Part shown: in pieces, positions 6,797-15,521 of the stretch | Position numbering within the stretch: position 1 is the stretch's first letter | Layout: each line of letters opens with the position of its first letter | Assembly (NCBI GenBank): GCA_051439605.1 | Contig: JBFRWN010000090.1 | Coordinates: 1 to 16,647 of the forward strand | Direction: 5' to 3' | DNA from: Synechococcus sp. | GTDB taxonomy: Bacteria; Cyanobacteriota; Cyanobacteriia; Thermostichales; PCC-7336 | Length of the DNA: 16,647 nucleotides | The notes under the pieces: model-generated | What the model was told of the DNA's origin: nothing | Seen by the model: only the letters and a program-made list of their open reading frames with translations | The model's database searches: none | Position numbers and translations under genes: made by a program

Positions 6797-7627
6797 ATGA
6801 ATGTATTCGGAAAAACAGCTCTGGTAACCGGAGCATCGAAAGGAATTGGTCGGGCGATCGCCCTCGAACTCGCCCGTAACGGGGTTAAGCGCTTGGTACT
6901 CGTAGCGCGCAACCGAGATCGACTCGTTCAAGTTGCATCAAAGATCTGCGCCATGGGGGTAGAGGCCGTTCCGCTACCACTGGATGTGGCGAAGGTGGTT
7001 GATGTGGACATTCAGGTCGCTCAAGCCTGGAGAGACTTTGGCCCCATTCACCTCTTGGTAAATTCCGCCGGGGTCGCTCACCAAACCCCGTTTTTGCAGG
7101 CCCGTGCTCCGCAAATGCAGGCGGAACTGACTACCAACTTAATGGGGGTGTACGCCATCACTCGTGCGATCGCCAAGCGAATGGCCGTCATGGAGGAAGG
7201 GACGATCGTGAATGTCTCCAGTTTGATGGGGAAGGTGGCGGCTCCCACTATGTCTACATATTCAGCCACGAAATTCGCCATTCTCGGATTTACTCAAGCT
7301 CTACGGAGCGAGTTGGCTGGCCACAACGTACAGGTGGTAGCGTTATTGCCAACCCTGACCAAAACCGACATGGTGAATGACTTTGACTGGTTTAAGTGGG
7401 TGACTCCGGTTACCCCCGAGCAGGTTGCCAAGTCATTAATGCAGGGATTGCTACAGGGGTCTTCAGAGGTCTTGGTGGGATGGCAAAGTCACTTGGCGGT
7501 ATGGCTGAATCGTCTGATGCCTGGTGTGGTGGAGATGATGGTGCGGTTGGCAGCCCCTTCACCAAAGAAGCCGAAAAAGGTTCGGGCTCGAAGGCGGGCC
7601 ACCTGTTCTATCGCTGGCAGCCGTTAA
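6797..7627 (+). CDS. Short-chain dehydrogenase/reductase (classical SDR, probably NADP(H)-dependent; 276 aa from ATG 6797)
   Basis: TGASKGIG Rossmann motif, VARN, NSAG, NVSS and catalytic YSATK. GGAG RBS at 6784-6787 supports the 6797 start over the ORF-track TTG at 6710. Confidence 0.93.
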   Translation: MNVFGKTALVTGASKGIGRAIALELARNGVKRLVLVARNRDRLVQVASKICAMGVEAVPLPLDVAKVVDVDIQVAQAWRDFGPIHLLVNSAGVAHQTPFLQARAPQMQAELTTNLMGVYAITRAIAKRMAVMEEGTIVNVSSLMGKVAAPTMSTYSATKFAILGFTQALRSELAGHNVQVVALLPTLTKTDMVNDFDWFKWVTPVTPEQVAKSLMQGLLQGSSEVLVGWQSHLAVWLNRLMPGVVEMMVRLAAPSPKKPKKVRARRRATCSIAGSR

Positions 7628-7786
7628 TAGAGGTACAGTCAGCCTACCGTCCCATTACGACTGAGGACATTTTAGTGGCCAAATCCATTACTTGCCAATG
7701 TGTTTCTGTCCTATCTGAGATGTCCTTTGCAGCTGCTAGCGATGTCAACCTGATAAACATTTCCTAGAAGAGTTTAGACTTGGGAT

Positions 7787-8629
7787 TCAGCATAATTTTG
7801 CCAGTTGCTGGATACCTTTTTTGACCTTGCGAGACACTGTTACCGCACTGATATTTAAACGGTTAGCAGTTTCCTTTTGGCTAAAGTCGTAGAAAAATAC
7901 AAGCTCTAAAATCTGGCGAGTGCGCTCGTCCAATTGGGTCATTGCTTGTTGCAATCTCATGCGATCGTCCTGAGCCAGCTGAAAACTTTGATAAGCAGAA
8001 TCGGGGATCAGATCCCCCAAGCAACTGCCGCTTGCATCCGATTGGTTGAGGCGAATGTCAAGACTCATGGTCGTCTGATTTTGATAGGCAACCTGAAATT
8101 CCTTCCACTCCTCTTGGGATAGTTCCATTGCCTCTCTCAGTTCTTCAGAGTTGGGAGCACGACCGAGATCGTGCTGAAGCTGTGCAGAAATTTTTTTACT
8201 GCGATTGATAAGTGCCATCCATTTGCGTGGAATCCGAACTGTTTGGCTCTTATCCCGCAAATAATGTTGAATTTCCCCTCGGATATAGGGCATGGCAAAG
8301 GAACTGAATGCAATTCCGCGAGTGATATCAAACCGCTCGATAGACTGAATTAAACCGATACTGCCAATTTGTAGTAGGTCATCATAGGATTCTTGGCACT
8401 GCTGTTTCCAGTGATGGGCTTCTTTACGGACTAAGCCTAAATTCATTTCGACTAGACGGTTCCGAATTGCCGCAGAATGAGAGTGCTTGTACTCTTGCAA
8501 CAGTTCCAGCGTCTTTGCTTTCAAGTCTAAGGATGTTGAGGCAGTTGGGCGCCGTGAAGATTTAACCCCATGTACCTGAGTTGTGCTGCCACTGTGCGAT
8601 AGAGGACTGACGCATTGAACCATCACCAT
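7787..8629 (-). CDS. sigF: Group 3 RNA polymerase sigma factor of the cyanobacterial SigF/SigJ (SigB/F/G-like) family (280 aa)
   Basis: Region 2 RNRLVEMNLGLVRKEAHHW...DLLQIGSIGLIQSIERFD...FSSFAMPYIRGEIQHYLRDK, VRIPR, the cyanobacterial YQSFQLAQDDRMRL segment, and region 4 HTH SQKETANRLNISAVTVSR. GGGAG RBS upstream of ATG 8629. Confidence 0.92.
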   Translation of the reverse strand: MVMVQCVSPLSHSGSTTQVHGVKSSRRPTASTSLDLKAKTLELLQEYKHSHSAAIRNRLVEMNLGLVRKEAHHWKQQCQESYDDLLQIGSIGLIQSIERFDITRGIAFSSFAMPYIRGEIQHYLRDKSQTVRIPRKWMALINRSKKISAQLQHDLGRAPNSEELREAMELSQEEWKEFQVAYQNQTTMSLDIRLNQSDASGSCLGDLIPDSAYQSFQLAQDDRMRLQQAMTQLDERTRQILELVFFYDFSQKETANRLNISAVTVSRKVKKGIQQLAKLC

Positions 8630-8927
8630 TGCTATCTCCCGTTATCTCTTGAAGCATTTTTGTAATAGAGGTGCGAGATGAATTCAGAGCGAAAACGCTT
8701 GCAAATTCCTGTGCACCTTTAGCCAATGAGATAAGACTACGGAGAACTTGTGAATATTCTGCGAACTATACAAGATAAAGTTCAAGCAAACATAAAGTCT
8801 GCATGAAGCAATGGCAGGATCTTCAACCGACATCCTTCAATCTTTATCGCCGAGCTTTTCAGCAATCCCTCGATCGTGTCTTGGCAAGGTTGCGTTACTC
8901 GAGCGTTTAGTTACCTCAAGCGTTTGG

Positions 8928-8954
8928 GTTTAAGGTTCAGCAAAAGGGAATACT
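8928..8954 (+). promoter_or_regulatory. SigF/SigJ (SigB-like) promoter, divergent from sigF
   Basis: GTTTAA (8928-8933), 12-nt spacer, GGGAATACT (8946-8954). This fits the Bacillus SigB-type consensus GTTTAA-N12-14-GGGWAW and the cyanobacterial SigJ 'J-box' GGGAATACT. Confidence 0.6.
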
Positions 8955-9306
8955 GGAACATACACGAGCAATAAGAAGGGAAAGAGAGACTTCCCCCTGC
9001 TTGGTTAGCAGATTGTGGAAAGGAGTTTTTCACTCTCAAGCCTCAGTACAAGAATGCCCGACATAGAGTCTATTTATACATGGAATTCAGTAAAGATGGA
9101 CAATATGTGCGTGTATCTACTGTCCCCCTCCTGTCGCATAGATCGAGTTGATTTGCGCACAACTCATGGTGGTTACTCTATCGGAGGCTACTGTAGGCAA
9201 CTCTTCAGACTACCGTACAGCTAGCCTTAAAAATAAACTTTGCTGCAGGAATGCATTTTTGGGTTAGCCCATTCACTAAGGTGGACTTGCCCCCAGAGAA
9301 CAAGAA

Positions 9307-11640
9307 ATGGGATTTCCTATACGCAAACTCTCGATCGCCGCCCTTACCCTGCTAGGCCTAGCAGCCATCCTTCGCGCTCTACCCTATCTTGCTCCCATTA
9401 GGGTCGGCGACCTTGCCCAAGACGATCGCGCCATCACGCTCCGCGATCGCAACGGCCTACTCCTCGGCACCCTGCTCACCCAAACCAGCGATCGCACCGC
9501 CACTGTCGATTTGGAAGAAGTCTCCACCCATTTTATTGACGCCATCCTCGCTGCCGAAGACGCAGATTTCTACCGTCATGGCCCCCTCGACATCCCCGCC
9601 CTCACCCGTGCCACCTACCAGTGGGTTCGACACGGCCACATCGTCAGCGGTGGCTCCACTGTCACCATGCAACTGGCCCGTATGCTGCACCCCGCTCCAC
9701 GGACGGTGCCAAACAAGCTGCGAGAAATCTGGCGATCGTGGCGCATCGCCGCAGGTTCCACCAAAGACGAAATCTTGCACGCCTACATCAACCGCCTACC
9801 GATGGGGGGAAATATTTACGGTATCGAAGCTGCCGCCCGCATCTACTTCGGCATTCCCGCCTCCGACCTCACCCTCTCCCAAGCCAGCCTGCTGGCCGCC
9901 CTGCCCAACGACCCCAACCACCTCAACCCTTACTGGAATTTGGCAGGATTGCAGCGGCGACAAACCTACGTCATCGAACGGATGGTTGCCGAGGAACTCA
10001 TCTCGAGATCTCAAGCCAATCGTGCCTACACCGAAACGGTCTCCCTACAAGATCCCCACCAGGGCATCGTTGCCGCCCCCCACTTCCTGTTTTGGGCCGC
10101 CTCTCAGCTATCTGAGGAGACTAGAACAGATGTCATCACCACTCTCAATCGTCCCCTACAAACATTTGTGGAAGCCCAATTAAAGCAGCTGGTCAGAGCC
10201 CTGCGCGATCGCAACGTTCACCAAGCAGCAGCGATTGTCATCGACAACTCAACTGGGGACGTACTGGCCTACGTCGGTTCCCCCAACTATTTTTCCGGTC
10301 AAGACGCCGCTCAATATGATGGGGTGCAAGCCCTGCGCCAGCCGGGCTCTACTCTAAAACCCTTTCTGTACGAACTGGCGATCGCCAACGGTACCATTCA
10401 ACCTAACACCGTCCTCCCGGATGTCCCCTCCTACTACTCCCTGCCCGATGCCCAAATCTACCGCCCCCTAGACTTCGATCGCAGCTTCCAGGGGCCCGTC
10501 AGGGTACGGTTAGCCCTTGCCAATTCCCTCAACATCCCCGCCATCAAAGTTTTAGAACAAGTGGGACCTGCCATCTTTCTGGAACATTTGCAGGCACTGG
10601 GGTTCGAGCATTTAGATCGCTCGGCCAACCACTATGGATTGGGGCTAGCGTTGGGGGCAGGGGAAGTGAGTTTGTGGGAGCTGGCTCGGGCATATACAAC
10701 CCTGTCACAATTGGGGGAACCAGTGGAATTGCAGTCGCTAGCCGAGCCCGCTGAAGTTGTTCCGACCTCAACAAGACCACAACCCATTGGAGATCGCGAC
10801 GTGTGGGCATTCACCGTCGATATATTGAGCGATCGCCACGCCCGTGCGTTGGCTTTTGGGGTGAATTCAGCTCTCAACCTACCCTTTCCTGCAGTCGTTA
10901 AAACCGGGACATCTTCTAGCTTTCGCGACACTTGGACGGTGGGATTTACCACCGACTACACCGTGGCCACTTGGGTAGGGAACTTTGACGGACAGCCTAT
11001 GAGAGATATCTCGGGGGTGGATGGGGCGGCCCTATTGTGGCAAAGAATTCTGTTACACCTGCATGAAACCGAAGAACCAGCCTCATTTCCACAACCTAAG
11101 GGGATGCTGCAGAAACCTATTTGTGTTCTGTCTGGCCTCAAGCCCACAAGCGCCTGCCCCACCGTTACGCAGGAATATGTCTTCCTCAAGCATCTAGATG
11201 CTTACGAAAGCCAAGCGGATACCTTTTACCAGTGGGTGAACGGAGAAGTGCAATTGAATCTGCCCCCCGAGTATGACGAATGGCTAGCTCTCCACGGCGA
11301 ATCCCTTCTGACCCATAGCCCCCTCAAAATTCTTTCCCCCCGCGATGGCGAGCGCTTCGTTCTCTATCCCAATAGCCCCCTTTCCCCCCAAGGCTCTCAA
11401 CAAATTGAATTTCGCATTGCTAGACCCACCGATGACACTACCTGGACCCTGAACAACCAGCCCCTAGTACCACCCACCAGCTCCTCACTATTTTGGACTT
11501 TGCGCCCTGGCACTTGGACTCTGGAAGTGACCCAAGATGGGGAGAGCGATCGGGTTACGTTTTTGGTGGAACCCGCCCAGGTTTCTACCTACACCCCCCC
11601 GTTTTCGATTCAGCGTTTTGTCACACCATCTGCAGAGTAA
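9307..11640 (+). CDS. pbpC: Penicillin-binding protein 1C (class A PBP: transglycosylase + transpeptidase + C-terminal beta domain; 777 aa)
   Basis: N-terminal TM anchor. Transglycosylase motifs EDADFYRHG and GGSTVTMQLAR. Transpeptidase SxxK (GSTLKPF), SxN (SLN) and KTGTS. C-terminal CxxSG...CP and ILSPRDG beta-domain typical of PBP1C. Confidence 0.92.
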   Translation: MGFPIRKLSIAALTLLGLAAILRALPYLAPIRVGDLAQDDRAITLRDRNGLLLGTLLTQTSDRTATVDLEEVSTHFIDAILAAEDADFYRHGPLDIPALTRATYQWVRHGHIVSGGSTVTMQLARMLHPAPRTVPNKLREIWRSWRIAAGSTKDEILHAYINRLPMGGNIYGIEAAARIYFGIPASDLTLSQASLLAALPNDPNHLNPYWNLAGLQRRQTYVIERMVAEELISRSQANRAYTETVSLQDPHQGIVAAPHFLFWAASQLSEETRTDVITTLNRPLQTFVEAQLKQLVRALRDRNVHQAAAIVIDNSTGDVLAYVGSPNYFSGQDAAQYDGVQALRQPGSTLKPFLYELAIANGTIQPNTVLPDVPSYYSLPDAQIYRPLDFDRSFQGPVRVRLALANSLNIPAIKVLEQVGPAIFLEHLQALGFEHLDRSANHYGLGLALGAGEVSLWELARAYTTLSQLGEPVELQSLAEPAEVVPTSTRPQPIGDRDVWAFTVDILSDRHARALAFGVNSALNLPFPAVVKTGTSSSFRDTWTVGFTTDYTVATWVGNFDGQPMRDISGVDGAALLWQRILLHLHETEEPASFPQPKGMLQKPICVLSGLKPTSACPTVTQEYVFLKHLDAYESQADTFYQWVNGEVQLNLPPEYDEWLALHGESLLTHSPLKILSPRDGERFVLYPNSPLSPQGSQQIEFRIARPTDDTTWTLNNQPLVPPTSSSLFWTLRPGTWTLEVTQDGESDRVTFLVEPAQVSTYTPPFSIQRFVTPSAE

Positions 11641-11696
11641 CTGGCGCTGAACCCGCTGCAAACTGTTAGGGTATGCGTGACCCCACATACTTGAAA

Positions 11697-11720
11697 CGGC
11701 CCCACGCAAATGAGAGGCCG
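11697..11720. terminator. Hairpin between convergent pbpC and tRNA-Asp (probable terminator, best on - strand)
   Basis: CGGCC...GGCCG stem, extendable with G:U on the - strand and followed by TTT. A second small hairpin GTATG/CATAC lies at 11671-11690. Confidence 0.4.
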
Positions 11721-11783
11721 CTTGGCAGGATGTTTTCCAGAGTTATCGTTAGATTAGGTGAACAACACTAAGTAATTTCTGGA

Positions 11784-11857
11784 CGGGATTGACGGGGCTC
11801 GAACCCGCGACCTCTGCCTTGACAGGGCAGCGCTCTAACCAGCTGAGCTACAACCCC
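11784..11857 (-). tRNA. trnD: tRNA-Asp (anticodon GTC), 74 nt, CCA not encoded in register
   Basis: Reverse complement GGGGTTGTAGCTCAGCTGGTTAGAGCGCTGCCCTGTCAAGGCAGAGGTCGCGGGTTCGAGCCCCGTCAATCCCG folds as a cloverleaf: acceptor GGGGTTG/CAATCCC, anticodon arm CTGCC-CTGTCAA-GGCAG, T-loop TTCGAGC, discriminator G. Confidence 0.98.
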
Positions 11858-11873
11858 TCGTTACCAGGACTCT

Positions 11874-11903
11874 ATTATGTTCACATCAAAGTACGGCTGT
11901 CAA
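11874..11903 (-). promoter_or_regulatory. Sigma70 promoter of tRNA-Asp
   Basis: On the - strand: TTGACA (11903-11898), 18 nt, CATAAT (11879-11874), ending 16 nt before the tRNA 5' end. Confidence 0.75.
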
Positions 11904-11908
11904 ACAAA

Positions 11909-12427
11909 ATGTCGAACATTCCTGAACAGGTAGAAAAACTGATTGAAACTGGCCCCCAACAAGGGATTCCGCCAGTGGCGATCGCCCCTATCGCACAAAT
12001 GCTAGCAACGGTGGCGCAAGATTTAGAACAACTGCAGTATTACGCCCTACGAGATCGCCAGCAGGGATGGTGGTTGATTTCTACTGGGGCAGAGCAAGCA
12101 GAAAAATGGGTAGCAGTCTTTGGTCACCGTGCGGATGCAGAGCGCATGCTCGCTGAACTTGAAAACGTCACGAGTCAGGCACCAAAAGCTGAGGACGAGT
12201 TTCAGACTTCCTTTGAGGTGGTGGAGAAAGGGGTGATTGAGTTGCTGTTCCTTGCATTAGGGATGCGGCGCAGCGCTGGTTTGCTGGTCTACGAGGCGGA
12301 GGGGGATGCGGAACGCATTGCTCAGGGACTGCCCATTTCAGGTCAAGGAATTCGCGCTGAAGATTTGCGGACTGAAATGAAGCGATGTCTGGAGCAGTTT
12401 CGGCGCTCGCAAAGCAGTATTGCTTAG
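11909..12427 (+). CDS. Conserved cyanobacterial hypothetical protein (172 aa, MSNIPEQVEKLIETGPQQGIPP...)
   Basis: Long ORF with natural composition. The pattern LI..PQ.G..P...IA..L...A..L...QYY.L.....W and the C-terminal IA resemble a cyanobacterial hypothetical family, recognised from memory. The ORF-track start at 11789 overlaps the tRNA, so ATG 11909 is preferred. Confidence 0.75.
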   Translation: MSNIPEQVEKLIETGPQQGIPPVAIAPIAQMLATVAQDLEQLQYYALRDRQQGWWLISTGAEQAEKWVAVFGHRADAERMLAELENVTSQAPKAEDEFQTSFEVVEKGVIELLFLALGMRRSAGLLVYEAEGDAERIAQGLPISGQGIRAEDLRTEMKRCLEQFRRSQSSIA

Positions 12428-12433
12428 CGGGCA

Positions 12434-12646
12434 TCAAATCTTCCCCCAACTATCCCACTGCTGCTGAATCATCTTTTCCTGGACAGTTTGATAGCGCTCG
12501 TCCGTATCTTCTCGGTGGGTGACAGTGCCCAGCTTGTCTTCAAGTTGTTCGGTGAGCTTGGTGCATTCGGTTCCTTTAATCCCCTTCACCGTCTCTACAA
12601 TGCGGCCATCGGGGTAAATGGTGAACTCTAGAGTTTCAGTCGCCAT
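12434..12646 (-). CDS. DUF2997 domain-containing protein (70 aa)
   Basis: ETLEFTIYPDGRIVETVKGIKGTECTKLTEQLEDKLGTV matches the DUF2997 pattern. Confidence 0.88.
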   Translation of the reverse strand: MATETLEFTIYPDGRIVETVKGIKGTECTKLTEQLEDKLGTVTHREDTDERYQTVQEKMIQQQWDSWGKI

Positions 12647-12735
12647 AGTGATTTCTAGTGGGATTTTTATTCAGAGTAGCGCATGTCTATTTTTGTCAGT
12701 GTTATGGGGCTCATAATATCTAATAAGCACCTGCC

Positions 12736-13359
12736 TCACTTCATGCGCTCTAGAACAAATACATTCCCTTGGTTGCCGCGACCAATGCGCAGGTCTTTAT
12801 CCAGATACGTAATGTCCAGCCACCCTTTTTGCTCTCGCTGCTCCGAGAACTTGATTTTGACGGCGGGAATTTGCTCGGGGCGATACTCCATCAAATCGAG
12901 AAAGGAATCGAGGTCAAAGTTGGCGAGCGCCTGGGAGCCGATCATGGCCTGAGTGAAATTCACCTTTACCCGCAGGTCGTTCAGTACTTCAAAATTAGCC
13001 CGGACCGCCACAAAGCCGCCCAAATAGGGCAAACCATCAACTCGTCCTACATTGCAGAGCAGTTGCTTTTCTGCCCAAATGCATTGGTAAATACCGCCAG
13101 TCTTGAAGCCAGGGATGGCCTTACCCAGATTTCTGAGCTCTTGGTTGGTGGTGTAGAGGGTGCGCCAATTGCCCGACAGAAGATCGGCTTCGGCAGTGGG
13201 AACTGCTACAGGGGTGTGGGGCTCTAACTGAGTGATGCAAGCCTCGATGGCGTCGGATGGGTGAGGAAGACCACCGGGATTAGGGGCATCGGCGATCGCC
13301 TGCAGTAGGGCTGTTTTGGCCGCGATCGCTTCGTCAGACAGAGAAAGTTGAGCGGTCAT
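12736..13359 (-). CDS. PAP/fibrillin family protein (207 aa)
   Basis: AKTALLQAIA N-terminus, LE..TP, LLSGNWRTLYTT, IYQCI, and the C-terminal GWLDITYLDKDLRIGRGNQGNVFVL signature. Confidence 0.93.
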   Translation of the reverse strand: MTAQLSLSDEAIAAKTALLQAIADAPNPGGLPHPSDAIEACITQLEPHTPVAVPTAEADLLSGNWRTLYTTNQELRNLGKAIPGFKTGGIYQCIWAEKQLLCNVGRVDGLPYLGGFVAVRANFEVLNDLRVKVNFTQAMIGSQALANFDLDSFLDLMEYRPEQIPAVKIKFSEQREQKGWLDITYLDKDLRIGRGNQGNVFVLERMK

Positions 13360-13478
13360 GGGGCAAAAGGATAAAAAATTTGCAGTGCCATCTCTACCCT
13401 AACGTGTTCGTCGGTTGAGTAATGTGTCCATAATGTAGAGAGTTTTTGCCTCTATCCTTCTGAGTCAATAGGTTCGCA

Positions 13479-14360
13479 ATGCCTCGCCCAAAGACTAACC
13501 CCGCCGATCTTTTACCGATGCCCAAATGGGTTAAGCGCCCGATTGGTAAGGCCAGCGAAATTGCGAAGGTGCAACGCACCATCAAGGATCGAGGAATTCA
13601 CACCATTTGCGAAGAAGGCCGTTGCCCCAACCGAGGGGAATGCTACGCCCAGCAGACGGCGACGTTTCTACTCATGGGACCGGTTTGTACCCGTGCGTGT
13701 TCCTTTTGCCAAGTGAACAAGGGGCGTCCGGAGGAACTGGACCCCAACGAGCCAGAAAAAGTAGCGGAATCTGTCGAGATTTTAGGGCTGAAGTACGTAG
13801 TGCTGACTTCTGTGGCCCGCGACGATCTAGACGATCAGGGGGCTGGCTGGTTCGAAAAAGTCATGCAGGCCATTCGGGAACGCACCCCTGGCACGCTGAT
13901 TGAGGTTCTAACGCCGGATTTTAGGGGCGATCGCGCCTGCATCAAAACAGTAGTGGATGCCAACCCCATTTGCTTCAATCACAATATCGAGACGGTGCGT
14001 CGCCTGTCGGGGCCGGTACGACGGGGGGCTAAGTACGAGCGATCGCTGGAGGTGCTGCGGACAGTAAAAGAATTGAATCCTAAGATGATCACGAAGTCGG
14101 GCCTGATGCTGGGTCACGGGGAAACCCAAGCGGAGCTGATCGAGGCAATGCAAGATTTGTTGGTGGTGGGCTGCGATCGCCTCACGTTGGGACAATATCT
14201 GCAACCATCTTTAGACCATCGCCCTGTCGAGAAATACTGGACGCCTGAAGAGTTTGATGAATTGGGTGCGATCGCCCGCGAGTTGGGTTTTAAGCACGTT
14301 CGTTCCGGTCCCTTAGTGCGCAGCTCCTACCACGCCTCGGAGATGGTGGAACCGCAATAG
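13479..14360 (+). CDS. lipA: Lipoyl synthase (radical SAM, 293 aa)
   Basis: [12 protein letters not shown] (CX4CX5C), CTRACSFC (CX3CX2C), [33 protein letters not shown] and RSSYHA. Confidence 0.98.
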   Translation: MPRPKTNPADLLPMPKWVKRPIGKASEIAKVQRTIKDRGIHTICEEGRCPNRGECYAQQTATFLLMGPVCTRACSFCQVNKGRPEELDPNEPEKVAESVEILGLKYVVLTSVARDDLDDQGAGWFEKVMQAIRERTPGTLIEVLTPDFRGDRACIKTVVDANPICFNHNIETVRRLSGPVRRGAKYERSLEVLRTVKELNPKMITKSGLMLGHGETQAELIEAMQDLLVVGCDRLTLGQYLQPSLDHRPVEKYWTPEEFDELGAIARELGFKHVRSGPLVRSSYHASEMVEPQ

Positions 14361-14375
14361 GAGCTGCAGAAGTTG

Positions 14376-14396
14376 AGGAGGCTGGAGTTCCCTCCT
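14376..14396. terminator. Hairpin between convergent lipA and the DMT gene
   Basis: AGGAGG-ctggagttc-CCTCCT forms a 6-bp stem in a 56-bp convergent gap. U-tracts are weak. Confidence 0.35.
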
Positions 14397-14416
14397 GTAT
14401 ACAAACAGCATGCTGG

Positions 14417-15445
14417 CTAAGTCACTTCCACAGAGGTCTCTATCTCGGTTTCTACTGCACCATCCGTGACTGCGTGGGTGGCGACTCCACTGGCCTGCGC
14501 TAAGTAGATTCCCCCTAAAATCACTGCGAAACTTACCCAGGTGGTGGGTCCCACTGGTTCAAAAAAAATTGCCCATGCCAACAGAGCGCTGACAAGGGGC
14601 TCCAACAGCAGGAACAGAGAGATAAAGCTTGAGGAAAATTTATCCATGCAGTCCGCTAGCAAGCGCTGCCCCAAGCCTTCGCTGACAATCCCTAAGCCCA
14701 ACGCCGCCAAAATGGCTACCTCGGTCGTGGGCAACAATTGCCCCTCTGTACCCCACACCAACGGAATTAAGAGTGCACTGCCAACGCCACAGCGCCACAG
14801 CAAAATAGTCGTGGCGGAAAACCACCGTCTGAGCTGCTCGACCACCAGAAAGTACGCCCCCAGAAATACCGCCGAGAGTAGGGCATAAATATCACCAATC
14901 AGCAATCCATTGGCACTATGCAAATCTTCAAATGCCAGTCCTATTGCCCCCGCCAATGCGATCGCCATTCCCACTAAAAACTGACGATTAAAGCGCTTGC
15001 CAAACAGCAACCAACTGCCCAATGTCGTGAAAATGGGTGTTAGGTTATTGAGCAGCATGCTCTTTGCGACGGTAGTGTACTGCAGCGACATCGCCCACAG
15101 CACCAAAGAGGTGACTGAGATAGTCCCCACTCCTAACAGCAAGGCCCACTGCCGAACGCTGAATGCCTGGCCAGCTTCATGCTGAGTTTTGTCCTCTTCT
15201 ATTGAGTTCTCTTCTATCGCCAATGATGGTGTTTGAGCTTGCCAGCGACTCATGAGGCGACCGGTGCCAAACACCACAAAAAACACCAGCATGCGATTCA
15301 GAACGGTGCCGTTGGGGCCTAACTCTGTCTCGCAAAGACGGATGAAGATGGGAGCGAAGGAGACCGCCAATAGCGCTGTCCAGAGGGTGAGATAGGCAAC
15401 AGCGCTAGCACGTTTTGAGGGGAGCACAGTTGAGGATGAAGACAT
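14417..15445 (-). CDS. EamA/DMT family transporter (about 10 TM; ATG 15445 preferred, TTG 15466 possible)
   Basis: Two hydrophobic EamA-like halves: SFAPIFIR, SLQYTTVAKSMLLNNLTPIFT, GDIYALLSAVFLGAY, LLEPLVSALLAWAIFFE. Confidence 0.92.
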   Translation of the reverse strand: MSSSSTVLPSKRASAVAYLTLWTALLAVSFAPIFIRLCETELGPNGTVLNRMLVFFVVFGTGRLMSRWQAQTPSLAIEENSIEEDKTQHEAGQAFSVRQWALLLGVGTISVTSLVLWAMSLQYTTVAKSMLLNNLTPIFTTLGSWLLFGKRFNRQFLVGMAIALAGAIGLAFEDLHSANGLLIGDIYALLSAVFLGAYFLVVEQLRRWFSATTILLWRCGVGSALLIPLVWGTEGQLLPTTEVAILAALGLGIVSEGLGQRLLADCMDKFSSSFISLFLLLEPLVSALLAWAIFFEPVGPTTWVSFAVILGGIYLAQASGVATHAVTDGAVETEIETSVEVT

Positions 15446-15521
15446 CGCAGTCAGCTCGATTTGCAATGAATGATATTGCTCTGAATGATACTGTCGTTAA
15501 GGACTGATTGCGATCGAGATC

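Noticed and set aside
9015..9224. 69-aa ORF downstream of the SigF-type promoter
   Set aside because: GTG start, no well-placed RBS and no recognisable family. It cannot be fully excluded without Ribo-seq.
9389..10183. 264-aa Pro/Ser/Thr-rich overlapping ORF inside pbpC
   Set aside because: An off-frame product of C-rich codon usage that suppresses stop codons.
11640..11857. tRNA-Asp as an integration site for an island
   Set aside because: No integrase is present, and I found no duplicate of the tRNA 3' end in the window.
11789..11908. ORF-track N-terminus [21 protein letters not shown]
   Set aside because: This is the well-known antisense translation of a tRNA gene, not protein.
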